Notes: generated by a model from the letters alone, not told the origin. Positions 47,194 through 57,568 are shown, counted from the stretch's first letter. The stretch is 64,000 nucleotides of DNA from a virus (IMGVR_UViG_3300045594_000343:3370-67369), one strand, 5' to 3'. Numbers and translations are program-made.

Positions 47194-47775
47194 TTATTGA
47201 AATGATGGTAATATTTCTGTCAAAAACAATTTGATTGAAATCAAATCAATTTCATATAATTTTTTTTCTAAATAATGATACCGTTCTTTGAATGGATTTA
47301 CATTACCTAATTTTATTTCCTGCTGACATTCTAACATTGCATCAATCATGTCTGCTGCGGATAATATTTTACCCTCTAATGTATCATCTTTATCTTCGTT
47401 TATAATATTTTCAACTTCTTGTCGATAATCCACATTATCAATTTTTGACAAAATATATTCGTTACTTAATTCAGTTTCTATTATATTTAATGCTTTATTT
47501 ACTTCTTCTTTTTTATGTTTTGTGTTATGCAGAATATCACCAGTACACGATTCTTTAATATCATGATTAATTGCTTTTCTATATAATTTAGCCCAATCTA
47601 TTTTTTTACCATGTTTTTGTTCAATAATCCCTATACATTGTGCTATTTGCGCAACAGAATATGAATGTTCGGCAACGCTTGCTTTATGGTATAAAAATTC
47701 AGTATTCCATCTTTGAATATTCGTTAGCTTTTTCGCATATGCTATAAAATTTGCTAGTCCTGTTGTTTCTTCCAT
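47194..47775 (-). CDS. HD-domain 5'-deoxynucleotidase (YfbR-like)
   Basis: L.NIQRW, SVAEHSY, AINHDIKE..TGDI, ADMIDA..EC..E...GN. Start is likely MEETTG. Confidence 0.85.
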   Translation of the reverse strand: MEETTGLANFIAYAKKLTNIQRWNTEFLYHKASVAEHSYSVAQIAQCIGIIEQKHGKKIDWAKLYRKAINHDIKESCTGDILHNTKHKKEEVNKALNIIETELSNEYILSKIDNVDYRQEVENIINEDKDDTLEGKILSAADMIDAMLECQQEIKLGNVNPFKERYHYLEKKLYEIDLISIKLFLTEILPSFQ

Positions 47776-47848
47776 TACAATAACTTCCTTCCTCATTATA
47801 TAAAAAAAGGATAGAGATTAAATTCTCTATCCTCCTGTTTTTTATCTA

Positions 47849-48508
47849 TCAGTCAAAATTATCCCACTCGCCGTCTTCATCTTTCTTATCAGAAGATGAA
47901 TCAGAATCAGAATCCTCATCATCCTCTGTCATATCAGAGAGGATGTTCAGATTAAGAGCAAGGACTTCACTTTCAGTGAGAACCTTGTTCAAATCTTTAA
48001 GCGTTGGAGCATTTTCAACAGCTTCTTTTTCTTCTTCTGTCAGCTCAGAAGTTTTCGGGCTAGGAACTACTGCATAACGGGTTTCCTTACCTGAACCTTC
48101 TTTTTTGATTTTAATATCATAAGTGGTTGGGTCTCCGTAATCAGGGTCAGTAGCATAAGTCTTAATTCCCTTCATTACAGAAATACCTGTTTCGAGAACC
48201 TTAACCTGTGGGCCTTCTGAACCATAACCATCTTCTCTACTCCAATTGGATTTATCAATTACCAAAAGCTGATAACGATGGCGTGGCTTAGAACCATGTT
48301 CGCACAGAACACATTTAGAGCCAAGGCAGTTGATTTTGTGTGCCTTTTTTACTCCATCCTCATAAGAATCCTCCCAATGCACATCAATTACTGATGGTTT
48401 GGAAACAATTCGCATAAGGTTTCCAGCCTTGCCTGATTCCAAAGTCAAGAAATTTACATTTCCTGTCGTTGTTTTTACGTCTTCCCAAGTCATGTCAAAA
48501 TTTGCCAT
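47849..48508 (-). CDS. Single-stranded DNA-binding protein (gp32-like)
   Basis: H...C.G..C.LC zinc motif, YGDP..YDI.I.K.G.GKETRY, very acidic C-terminal tail ending WDNFD. Confidence 0.72.
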   Translation of the reverse strand: MANFDMTWEDVKTTTGNVNFLTLESGKAGNLMRIVSKPSVIDVHWEDSYEDGVKKAHKINCLGSKCVLCEHGSKPRHRYQLLVIDKSNWSREDGYGSEGPQVKVLETGISVMKGIKTYATDPDYGDPTTYDIKIKKEGSGKETRYAVVPSPKTSELTEEEKEAVENAPTLKDLNKVLTESEVLALNLNILSDMTEDDEDSDSDSSSDKKDEDGEWDNFD

Positions 48509-48684
48509 AATTAAATTACCTCACGTTTCCTTCTGTTGTACCTTGTTTGCGATATTGCTTCAGTAGCTACTCTTGCGATATGGCATCTAAAGGTCAACGA
48601 TTGATATATTTATTTAGTCAACATATTCAGTTGTCTATAAACTAAATATGTGTTAACTACATTTTTATTATATTTAATAAAAAA

Positions 48685-49284
48685 TTATTTTTTCAACTCT
48701 TTATTAGATATTTTTTCTGCTAAAAGATTTCTGATTATTTTGAAATATGCCGTATTATCTTTTGTTTCATCAAGTGCATTCAAATCATCTTCTGTTTCGA
48801 TGAATTTCCATCGCATATTTACTCCATAGAATAATTTATTAAACTTTGGAACAAATACACAAGGATTTGGATAAAATCGATTAGTAATTGAAGCATTTTT
48901 TTTATCATATAAAGAAATTATTGAAATTGGTAATATTCCTAAATATAAGCCTAAATGAACTTCTTCGTCATACCCTTCAGCATTTAATGACACTATACAC
49001 CACTTGCCAACTTCTGTCAAGCTATTTCCTCTATCATATGCCAAATCACTATTTATTGATTCAACCAATATTGGAAATTCAATAAACATTGCTTCATAAT
49101 CATCACATAAATAATACATGGATACCAAAATGTCTGCATATTCATTAGTTGCTTTATTTATTTCATGCTGATTATATAACAATCTGCATTCCATTCTCTT
49201 TTTACAAGAAGCACAACAATGTTGTTTTGGAATTAATTTCCCATTTTCATCAAATTTTGGTTCTATTTTTTTTATTTCTGCCAT
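48685..49284 (-). CDS. Hypothetical protein with N-terminal Cys cluster
   Basis: HCCASC...C...C motif; 199 aa. Confidence 0.65.
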   Translation of the reverse strand: MAEIKKIEPKFDENGKLIPKQHCCASCKKRMECRLLYNQHEINKATNEYADILVSMYYLCDDYEAMFIEFPILVESINSDLAYDRGNSLTEVGKWCIVSLNAEGYDEEVHLGLYLGILPISIISLYDKKNASITNRFYPNPCVFVPKFNKLFYGVNMRWKFIETEDDLNALDETKDNTAYFKIIRNLLAEKISNKELKK

Positions 49285-49297
49285 ACAATATTAAACC

Positions 49298-49834
49298 TCA
49301 TTCCTCATAATCAAACTTGTTAATTCCACATTTAGTACATAATTTATCTATATATTGCCAGCTTTTTCCACGTATTTCATTAGCAGCCTTTTCAGCACTA
49401 TATCCATCAATTAATACTCGATGTACACCAAGCTTTTTCACTTTCTTGTTTAATCTTGTATTTTCATATCTGTATTCAGCTAACATTCCCATATATAATA
49501 TGGAAAATGTTTTCTCCATAATCAATGCACGATTATTATATTTTTTGCACATATCATGAATTGCGCTAAACACACTTTTATCCACTTGCCTATTATACAA
49601 TGACCATTCATCTTTTGTCAAGTCGTAAATTAAACAAAAATCATTATATATTACTTCTGCTGAAAATTCTTTTTTTGCAGAAATTAAATTTTGAAAATAA
49701 TGTTTGTCTAATGGCGCATAATGTTCTCCGTTTTTAGAATGAACATATACACACCATGAATCTTTTGTTCCAAAATCAAAAGATAAATCTGTTCCATCTT
49801 CAAATACAACAACAGGAATAAACTGTTTCTCCAT
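49298..49834 (-). CDS. Conserved hypothetical protein (DUF7004-like)
   Basis: F.DG..L.F..G..D.WCVY, P.D..YF..L, Y.DF..IY, LY..M.AE...NT.L.K..K.LG. Confidence 0.55.
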   Translation of the reverse strand: MEKQFIPVVVFEDGTDLSFDFGTKDSWCVYVHSKNGEHYAPLDKHYFQNLISAKKEFSAEVIYNDFCLIYDLTKDEWSLYNRQVDKSVFSAIHDMCKKYNNRALIMEKTFSILYMGMLAEYRYENTRLNKKVKKLGVHRVLIDGYSAEKAANEIRGKSWQYIDKLCTKCGINKFDYEE

Positions 49835-49866
49835 AAAATACCACCCTTGTTGAAAAAGAGATGCAA

Positions 49867-50943
49867 TTACATCTCTTTTTCGCATTCGCCAACCATTTTA
49901 TGATTTTTAAAAATTAAAGATTCTTCATATTTCAATTTCCGCTCATGTTCAAAAACAACATTCTTATCTTGAATAATGTTATCTGATAATGCCTCTTTTT
50001 GTGCAGTCAAATCCTCTTTTTGTTTTAACAATTCTTCTATTTTTTTATTAACTAACTCAATATTAGTTAACAAAATTTCCTTTTCTTGTTCTTTAGAAGA
50101 AATAACCTTATCATATTTTTTTCTTAATTTCTCTAGTTTGTTTTGGCAACCTTTAATATATTCCAATTGTAACATGGTTGTAATATTATTGATTTTAGTA
50201 TCACTGAATCCATATTCATTTTTCCATAAAGTTAAAATAATATTATCATCTGATACTGCATAAAAAATCATATTATTTTTATCCAAATAAAAATTACTAC
50301 CAATAGAATCACTCGTATATACAAACTTTGCATTTTTAAATGATTTCATTAATCGATTGACAATTTCAGCTCTTTTTTCATTTTGAAATCTGCCGTCACC
50401 TTTTTCAATTCGTTCATCCCATCTTTGAATACAATGGCTTGTAATTAAAAAAGTTTTCCCGTTTTTGTCTAAATGGTCAGTACAATTAAAGAACTTATTT
50501 AATATTTCATCTTGTTTTCTAAAGACCTTGTTTTTATAATCATTCAACACTTCATGATTCATATTGTCTTTAACAAATTGAGTATAGTCTTCTCTTGATT
50601 TGGCTTTATCAAAAGAAAAATCAACATATATCTCATTTATCCGTTCTTGATGTAATGGATAAACTATCATGGTTGGCTTTTTACCTGCCATACAAATTAT
50701 TCCATACCAATCTTCATTGATTCTTATAATATTGGAAGATATACAAGAATCAATCATTTCCTGAGTACAATCTTTATAATCTTTTGCAATCTTTAATTTT
50801 TCAATAATTAATGGTTGGCAGTTTTCCTCTGTAAACCCTAAAGTTTTTGCTTTATTAATGGCTTTATTAATAGCATCATGTAAAAACCTTGCTTCCCAAT
50901 AATCATCTATTGTTTTTTTTGATATTTTTGCAAATGTACACAT
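49867..50943 (-). CDS. Hypothetical protein with C-terminal coiled coil
   Basis: ORF 49867..50994, with likely start MCTFAK after GAGGGG. Confidence 0.7.
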   Translation of the reverse strand: MCTFAKISKKTIDDYWEARFLHDAINKAINKAKTLGFTEENCQPLIIEKLKIAKDYKDCTQEMIDSCISSNIIRINEDWYGIICMAGKKPTMIVYPLHQERINEIYVDFSFDKAKSREDYTQFVKDNMNHEVLNDYKNKVFRKQDEILNKFFNCTDHLDKNGKTFLITSHCIQRWDERIEKGDGRFQNEKRAEIVNRLMKSFKNAKFVYTSDSIGSNFYLDKNNMIFYAVSDDNIILTLWKNEYGFSDTKINNITTMLQLEYIKGCQNKLEKLRKKYDKVISSKEQEKEILLTNIELVNKKIEELLKQKEDLTAQKEALSDNIIQDKNVVFEHERKLKYEESLIFKNHKMVGECEKEM

Positions 50944-50984
50944 TTTTTCACATCCCCTCAAATTCGTTATAGATTTATTATATG

Positions 50985-51019
50985 AAAAAAGCACTTACTA
51001 TTTAAGTAAGTGCTTTTTT
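50985..51019 (-). terminator. Intrinsic terminator with TATAAT fused to its U-tract
   Basis: aaaaagcacttac-ttaaata-gtaagtgctttttt-ca-TATAAT on the minus strand. Confidence 0.82.
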
Positions 51020-51023
51020 ATTT

Positions 51024-51746
51024 TTAATGCACGTCAGCCCATTCAAGTGATGGAACTCCACTCTTATAATCAACCTTTTGTGTTGCCTCTCCGTTATCCT
51101 GAAGCTCCACAGGGAGCTTTTTGCGGTACTCCCCTAGACTTATCTGCATGTTCAAAATAGAAGCCTGTCTGGACACCGTATCGCCAATAGAACGCATATT
51201 GTTCATAACATTAGTCACTTCCGTTCGGAAACTATTAATGTTCTCGAATTGCAACAACAACATAGGGTAACGAATCGTTGCTTCTCCACGACGTTTATCT
51301 GCTGAACTTTGTTTTGATACTGCTTGATTTGCATCAAACAGCATATCGTTCACACGTTTTCTAACTAAATACTCATGTTCCACGTCATTCATGATTTCTG
51401 AAAGTCTATTCTTAAATTCTTGCACTTTTGCCATAGCTTCAGCCAACTGAAAAGTTGTTGGATTTTCAAAAATTTCAACACTCATATTATTCATTTCAGA
51501 ACGAAGTTTGTTCATGTTAATTGGTTTCAATGTAGAAATAATTGTTTTACCAATATCCTCAACGTCATTAAATGAACATTCTTTAGAACCATATTCAGAA
51601 TCCAGTTCATTTAAGGTTGATTGATAATCCCCCTCAACTTTAGTTTCTGTTTTTTTTGGTTCAACTGTTTTTGATGGTGTTTTTGATGGTTCGTCAAACT
51701 CGCTAAAATCATCTGCAACTTCTGTAATTTTCATATATATAAGCAT
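51024..51746 (-). CDS. Hypothetical helical protein
   Basis: 240-aa ORF downstream of sbcC with AGGAG RBS. Confidence 0.7.
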   Translation of the reverse strand: MLIYMKITEVADDFSEFDEPSKTPSKTVEPKKTETKVEGDYQSTLNELDSEYGSKECSFNDVEDIGKTIISTLKPINMNKLRSEMNNMSVEIFENPTTFQLAEAMAKVQEFKNRLSEIMNDVEHEYLVRKRVNDMLFDANQAVSKQSSADKRRGEATIRYPMLLLQFENINSFRTEVTNVMNNMRSIGDTVSRQASILNMQISLGEYRKKLPVELQDNGEATQKVDYKSGVPSLEWADVH

Positions 51747-51774
51747 CTCCTTTTTATTTTAAATTATATTATAA

Positions 51775-53835
51775 TTAAGCAATTAATTCAACATGGCTAC
51801 CAGTTAATTGGTCTTTTTGAATCAATACTCGTTTCTCAAAGGCGTTTTGCAAATCTTGAATGTGCGTAATTACCATAATTTGTTTAAATATTCCATTCAA
51901 CAAATTAACGCTTTCTAAGAACTTCTGTTTTGCTCCATCATCTTGACTTCCCAATCCCTCATCAATAATTAAGAAATCAATTGTTGCACCACTACGTTTT
52001 GTAAGAAATTTAGCCAATCCAATATGACAAGCAAAATCGATTCTAAACTTTTCTCCACCAGAATATGTTTCATAACTTCTAGAACCATTAGAATCATTGA
52101 TAAGAATGTCTAATGTATCAATTGATTTTTTTCCTTTTGCAGATTCTTTCTCTGTTTCATATTTAACCGACATTGCATTATCAGTTAACAATCCTAAAAT
52201 CTTATTTGTTTCATTTTCGATTTCAGGAATATCATGACTAATAATATCTTTTGGAATACCTGACTTACCAAAAGCTGTTGCCAAACTATTATAATCACTA
52301 TACAATTCTTTTAATGAAGTCAATTGATTCTTCAATCGTTTAATTTCTTTTTGATTCTTTTTAAATGTATTAATTTTATCTTTAATCAATGCAATTTTAG
52401 TATTATTACTATTAAACAATTGCGTACAATTATCCAATTCGTGCTTATACTCTGCATCTTTCCAATCTTTTGCTTCAACTTCAACAATCTTCATTTTTAA
52501 ATTTTCAGCATATTCTTCCTGTAATTTATCTAGATTTTCTTTTTGATTAGAAATCATAAGCTGAATGCGCTTGATTTTGTTTTTGTTTTCCTCACAAGCT
52601 TTTTGTTCCTCAATCAATTTCTTTTTTTCAATTGTTGCTTCTTTTCCCTGATTTGCATATTTTTTTGCTTTAGTCTTTATTGATTCGATTTTAATTTGAT
52701 TTGAATCAATATTTGATTGTAATTCATCCATTTGCGTTTTCATTTCAGTCAAATGCTTTTGTTTATGTTCAGAAGATATTTCTCCACCACAAAAATCACA
52801 AACCGATTTATTATATTTTTCAAATCCAATATATTTTTTATTGATTTTATTAAAATCCGTTTGATAAAAATCTATTTGTGTATCCAACTTCGACATAATT
52901 TCTTTTGCATCAGATATTTTTTGTTTTGCTTCATCAATAATATTTTGTTGATTTTCAATTTTTGATTCATCAAAATCACTATCTTCCATGTTTAATTCAT
53001 TTTCCATGGATTCATATCTATTCAGATTTTGTTTTGCAGAGTCAATATCCGATTCAATACGTACACGATTAGATTTAATATATTGATTTTGTTTTGCCAA
53101 TACATTATATTCATTTTTATTTTTAATCTCTAGATTTAACTTTTCTGTTAAATCATCCATTTTTGGTTTCAAATCAAAATCATTTTGGTTTTCTAGTGAT
53201 TCAATTTCTTTCGTTTCTGCTTCAATATCACATTCTGTTTTTTGAATAAAATCAATCTGATTTTCAATTTCTGTCATCTTTTGTTTAGTTTCTTTTTTAT
53301 TCTCTTTTGCTTCTTTTTCATATTGTTCATATTTTTGAATATCTAAAATCTGAACAAATGTTTCTTTTCTTTCAGCAGGTTTCTTATTCATAAACCTATC
53401 TGATTGACCCTGACCCAAACAAACCGTATCGAGGAATGTATTATAATTCATCTTCAAAACAGAATTAATTTTTTCTTGTGTCTCTGTAACTTTTTCACTT
53501 TGATTTATACCATCAATATAGAATTCCAGTTCTTTACTCTCTCCACGAACTTTTTTTGTTATAATTAAATATTCCACATTATTCATAACAAAACAAAATT
53601 CCAATTGGAAATAATCACAATCCGTATTAATGCACTTATCCAATCCACTTCCTTTTGAATCGGTTGCATCATTTACTCCATACAAAGCTGTTGTAATCAT
53701 TTGAATCAATGAACTTTTTCCTGCACCATTTTCACCAATTACTACGAATTTATTTCCAAAATCCTCAAAATTTATTTCCGCATCAATGTAGCTTCTAAAT
53801 CCGTGAATTTTTAAATATTTTGGTAACATATTCAT
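51775..53835 (-). CDS. sbcC: SbcC/Rad50-like ATPase (gp46-like)
   Basis: GENGAGKSS, CLGQG, coiled coil with CDFC hook, SGGEKFR, IIDEGLGSQD, ITH. Confidence 0.92.
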   Translation of the reverse strand: MNMLPKYLKIHGFRSYIDAEINFEDFGNKFVVIGENGAGKSSLIQMITTALYGVNDATDSKGSGLDKCINTDCDYFQLEFCFVMNNVEYLIITKKVRGESKELEFYIDGINQSEKVTETQEKINSVLKMNYNTFLDTVCLGQGQSDRFMNKKPAERKETFVQILDIQKYEQYEKEAKENKKETKQKMTEIENQIDFIQKTECDIEAETKEIESLENQNDFDLKPKMDDLTEKLNLEIKNKNEYNVLAKQNQYIKSNRVRIESDIDSAKQNLNRYESMENELNMEDSDFDESKIENQQNIIDEAKQKISDAKEIMSKLDTQIDFYQTDFNKINKKYIGFEKYNKSVCDFCGGEISSEHKQKHLTEMKTQMDELQSNIDSNQIKIESIKTKAKKYANQGKEATIEKKKLIEEQKACEENKNKIKRIQLMISNQKENLDKLQEEYAENLKMKIVEVEAKDWKDAEYKHELDNCTQLFNSNNTKIALIKDKINTFKKNQKEIKRLKNQLTSLKELYSDYNSLATAFGKSGIPKDIISHDIPEIENETNKILGLLTDNAMSVKYETEKESAKGKKSIDTLDILINDSNGSRSYETYSGGEKFRIDFACHIGLAKFLTKRSGATIDFLIIDEGLGSQDDGAKQKFLESVNLLNGIFKQIMVITHIQDLQNAFEKRVLIQKDQLTGSHVELIA

Positions 53836-53847
53836 TCCCCCAATGTT

Positions 53848-54660
53848 TTAATAATTCATATATAATGATTCTTGCACAAATACATTCTTTTTACGCAACC
53901 GATTAAAGCTAGACATCCCACTATCAATAAGAATGTGTCGTTTATAAATATCATTTGGCAACTCTACTTCAAATGATTCATCTCCACGTTTTCCATCATA
54001 AGAAAGCATAAAACGAATATTTCTATCATTCAAATCTCTAAGAAAATCTATAAACTTATTATAATCAATTGTTCCAAAATACATTCCTTTTGTATGAAAA
54101 TAAGGAGGGTCTAAATAAACAAAATCTTTATCTGTTGCTGTTTTTACTAAATCTGCATAACTTTTATGATAAAACTTTGCATTTTGAATATTGCTTGTCC
54201 AATCCTCAATAATATTTCTTAGCTTCTTTGGATTAATACCTGGGCGGTTCAAATGAAAAGAATTATTAAATTCTCCCTTTTGATTAAACCGAATCAAACC
54301 ATTCGTGCACGTTCTTGACAAAAATAATAGTTGCTCCGGTTTTTGTTCTTTGTTAAATAAGTCTCTCGTTTCATAATAAACGTCCTGACCATTTTTCTGC
54401 AACTCTTTCCATAAACGTTCATATTCATTCATAATATGAATTGGATTATCACGAATTTCTTTCCACAAATCAATCAACGGTTCGCAAATATCACCACAAA
54501 TTGATTTTTTGGGATGTAAATTATACAAAATAGCCCCACCGCCAATAAACGGTTCATAATACGTATCGAATTCTTTTGGTACATATTTCAAAATTTCATC
54601 TGCCTGACTACGTTTACTTCCACTCCATTTTATAATTGGTTGCATATTATTTTTCCTCAC
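53848..54660 (-). CDS. DNA N6-adenine methyltransferase (Dam/D12 class)
   Basis: IKWSGSKR, YYEPFIGGGA, NGLIRFN.KGEFN, YLDPPY. Confidence 0.9.
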   Translation of the reverse strand: MRKNNMQPIIKWSGSKRSQADEILKYVPKEFDTYYEPFIGGGAILYNLHPKKSICGDICEPLIDLWKEIRDNPIHIMNEYERLWKELQKNGQDVYYETRDLFNKEQKPEQLLFLSRTCTNGLIRFNQKGEFNNSFHLNRPGINPKKLRNIIEDWTSNIQNAKFYHKSYADLVKTATDKDFVYLDPPYFHTKGMYFGTIDYNKFIDFLRDLNDRNIRFMLSYDGKRGDESFEVELPNDIYKRHILIDSGMSSFNRLRKKNVFVQESLYMNY

Positions 54661-55064
54661 TCAATTCTATTTGCTTTATAACTATGAATCATATAATATT
54701 GTAAGTTGCTAAAAAATCCTAATTCAAAAATTTGTTTTTTCAAATCAACTTCTTCTTTTTCGGATAATTTTACTTCTATTTTCTTTCCATCTAAATGTTG
54801 CATATACATGCCATTTTCGTCAAATTTCAATTTTACCGCTAAAAAATTGTGATAAAAATCTAATTTTTTACCAATAACAAATTCATTTGCACGTTCATCA
54901 TCGCCAACACGCATATATTCCAATCCGTGACTATAAATAAAAGAATACATATCTCCCTTATAATGAAATCTTTTCATTGCGGTTGATACTTCTCCGATAC
55001 TGACAAAAATACCATAAAAAATAAATTCGTTACATTCTACTGGCTTGAAAAACATAATTATCAC
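54657..55064 (-). CDS. Hypothetical protein
   Basis: 135-aa ORF overlapping its neighbours. Confidence 0.65.
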   Translation of the reverse strand: MIIMFFKPVECNEFIFYGIFVSIGEVSTAMKRFHYKGDMYSFIYSHGLEYMRVGDDERANEFVIGKKLDFYHNFLAVKLKFDENGMYMQHLDGKKIEVKLSEKEEVDLKKQIFELGFFSNLQYYMIHSYKANRIE

Positions 55065-56194
55065 GCACCTTCTTCAACTTTTTCAACAATTTCTTTTCCC
55101 AATTTGATACGTTCACTTTCACGTTTCTGCCCTTTATAAAAATGTTCTAACGCTTCTGTCACAGTTAGGGTATTATCAATTGTATCATTTGTTGCTACAA
55201 CCTTTTTGGGAATGATTTTTTGTAATTTCAATACATATTGAACACCATTATCATATGCAAATTGAATAATACTTTTTTCATCAAAAATCATATTATCATC
55301 TAATTCAATTTGAATTCGTAAAAAAGCATCATTAATATCCATTTTTGAAATTTCTTTTTTTATTTTATCCTCAATTATTTTTGTGTTTGTTTCATCTTTT
55401 CCATCAACTCGAATTGTAACAAATTTTTGTGCATGTTCTAACTCAACGAACTTATGTTTTACCATTGACCCATTTACATCCAATAATACAAAACCTTTTG
55501 GTTGTTTTCCTTCTGAAAAATCAATTCGATTTGCAGAACCACAATAATATACAAATGGCTCTTTATTAATAATCTGATACTTATGAAAATGACCTAAAAT
55601 AACCGCTAATATATTTTTCTTATTAAACACTTCTGGCTCAATACAAGCTTCATTATCCATAATTGTCCAGTCATTTAATTGCGCATTTTTTATTGCCAAA
55701 TGACCAATAACGATTGTTTTCTTTGAAGTGTCTAACGTATCCATAATGTTTTCTATTTCTTCTTTGGTATGATGCGTTGGAAGAAATACGAATTGATATT
55801 CTTCATTATCAACAGTATAATTATCAATCATAAAGAATCTAGTTTGAATAATATTCGGCACATTCAATGCGGTAAATTGTGATAATCCTGAATTGAATGT
55901 TTCCATTTTTGACACATCATGATTACCATCTAGTACATATGTACGAATATTATTTTTAGATAATCTAGCAAAAGCTTCATTAACTTTATCTACAATTGTT
56001 GTAGAAGGTGAAGAATTTTTGTACATATCACCAGGAAACACTACAACATCAACACTGTTAGAAACTGCATAGTCAACAATTTCATTCAAAATGTTAATAG
56101 AATCAACCTCTCTAGAGTTTAATCCTGATTCCTTATCAATATGACCATAGGATTTATTGCCAATATGCAAATCTGCAAATGATAAAATTTTCAT
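55061..56194 (-). CDS. sbcD: SbcD/Mre11-like nuclease (gp47-like)
   Basis: FADLHIG, PGDMY, GNHD, GHL, LGHFHK, YCGS..RIDFSE. Confidence 0.92.
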   Translation of the reverse strand: MKILSFADLHIGNKSYGHIDKESGLNSREVDSINILNEIVDYAVSNSVDVVVFPGDMYKNSSPSTTIVDKVNEAFARLSKNNIRTYVLDGNHDVSKMETFNSGLSQFTALNVPNIIQTRFFMIDNYTVDNEEYQFVFLPTHHTKEEIENIMDTLDTSKKTIVIGHLAIKNAQLNDWTIMDNEACIEPEVFNKKNILAVILGHFHKYQIINKEPFVYYCGSANRIDFSEGKQPKGFVLLDVNGSMVKHKFVELEHAQKFVTIRVDGKDETNTKIIEDKIKKEISKMDINDAFLRIQIELDDNMIFDEKSIIQFAYDNGVQYVLKLQKIIPKKVVATNDTIDNTLTVTEALEHFYKGQKRESERIKLGKEIVEKVEEGA

Positions 56195-56270
56195 TACATT
56201 CTCTCCTTTTTATATATATATACTTTCATTATATCAAAAAAGAAGGAATCTGTAAATAGATTCCTTCTTT

Positions 56271-56837
56271 TTATTTTGCTTTTTTTCGCGTTTTCTTCTT
56301 CTTTTCGACTTCTTGCCCGTCCATTATAACGTATGTCATACAACAACTGATTGAATCTGACATATCATCATTCAATGATTTTTTAACAAAATTATTTTTG
56401 CCAAACGTTTCAATTACTTTGGCTTGTACTTCTAGTTTCATCTGTTTGCCATCTTTTTTAGTGCCATTAGCATTTTTGGTTTTAATACCACCCAAAACTT
56501 TTGATTTCAATGTCATAACAGCATAATAAACAAATGGAATTTTAAATTTTTCCAAAATCATCATCATAACGCCGTGAAAATTTGCTAATTTTTGAATCGT
56601 ATTTCGATTTGCGCCGACAAACGGTGCTTCTGCTGATACAACATCAGGACGAAATTTTTCAATAATATTGATTAATTCTTTCTCAAAATTGACCAATGCT
56701 TCTGGAACGCTCATTTTACATCGCTCGATACATCCGTAATCTATTAATTCCATTTTATCATTTTTATATTCAACAATGCTCCATCCAGTTGATTTTGTTG
56801 ATACGTCTAATCCTAATATTTTGCAATCTTGTAGCAT
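56271..56837 (-). CDS. ruvC: RuvC-like Holliday junction resolvase
   Basis: ILGLDVSTKSTGW, PDVVSAE, K..V.G...K, DDMSDSI. Start is likely MLQDCK. Confidence 0.8.
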   Translation of the reverse strand: MLQDCKILGLDVSTKSTGWSIVEYKNDKMELIDYGCIERCKMSVPEALVNFEKELINIIEKFRPDVVSAEAPFVGANRNTIQKLANFHGVMMMILEKFKIPFVYYAVMTLKSKVLGGIKTKNANGTKKDGKQMKLEVQAKVIETFGKNNFVKKSLNDDMSDSISCCMTYVIMDGQEVEKKKKTRKKAK

Positions 56838-56890
56838 TTTATCACCCAATATTATTATATAAAAAAAGGAGAAATTAATCTCCTTTTTTA

Positions 56891-57568
56891 TTAAATAACG
56901 CACTCATAAAAGACTCTAATTACATCTGTTGATTCTTTCAAATCATCAAAACTAAAATCATCATTGCTAGTGTCAAAATAAATTATTTTATTATCTCTAT
57001 CAACAATAAAATCATCATTTTCATAATATGACACGCCATTAATTTCCATTTGAACCGCTTTTGAATTCGGTTTATACTTCAATTCAATATGATGCTTTTT
57101 TGTAGCATCTGTTTCTGCCGTATCAGTAACAATATCAGCCACTTTTATTATATCAATATATGATTTTGGTTGATGCAACAAGTTATATGTTCTTGCACTT
57201 TCTGTTAATTCTGTTGTTATACCGATGGCAATGCCATTCGGTATATCATCAATATAATCTGTTGTTGAACAAGCAAATGCAGGTATAGTAGGAATATTAT
57301 TATCGTCCGTTGTTGGATTTAATCGTTTTAATACTACTCCTTTTAATTTAGAAGCAGTATATTTAGCAATAGATACTATTTCAAACACACCTAATGAATT
57401 TTGTTGATTTGTTTTTAAATTTAAACAAAACGCATATATTTTACATCCAACAATAATATCACCTTTGGTATATTTACCTCGAATATCATTAACGCCCAAT
57501 AATCCAACATTAACCGTTCCATCAGCATTGCTAACAACTGTATTTAAAGAGGCAATATTAATATTCAT
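56891..57568 (-). CDS. Putative virion structural protein
   Basis: 225-aa ORF at the end of the tail-fibre-like gene cluster. Confidence 0.5.
   Translation of the reverse strand: MNINIASLNTVVSNADGTVNVGLLGVNDIRGKYTKGDIIVGCKIYAFCLNLKTNQQNSLGVFEIVSIAKYTASKLKGVVLKRLNPTTDDNNIPTIPAFACSTTDYIDDIPNGIAIGITTELTESARTYNLLHQPKSYIDIIKVADIVTDTAETDATKKHHIELKYKPNSKAVQMEINGVSYYENDDFIVDRDNKIIYFDTSNDDFSFDDLKESTDVIRVFYECVI

Noticed and set aside
47194-47775. HD protein as DatZ of a 2-aminoadenine (Z-genome) pathway
   Set aside because: There is no purZ or mazZ in the window and the phage encodes an N6-adenine methyltransferase. A YfbR-like dNMP phosphatase is the simpler call.
51655-51695. Short tandem repeat tgtttttgatgg
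   Set aside because: It is two copies encoding PSKT-PSKT in a low-complexity protein linker; nothing suggests a phase-variable or regulatory role.
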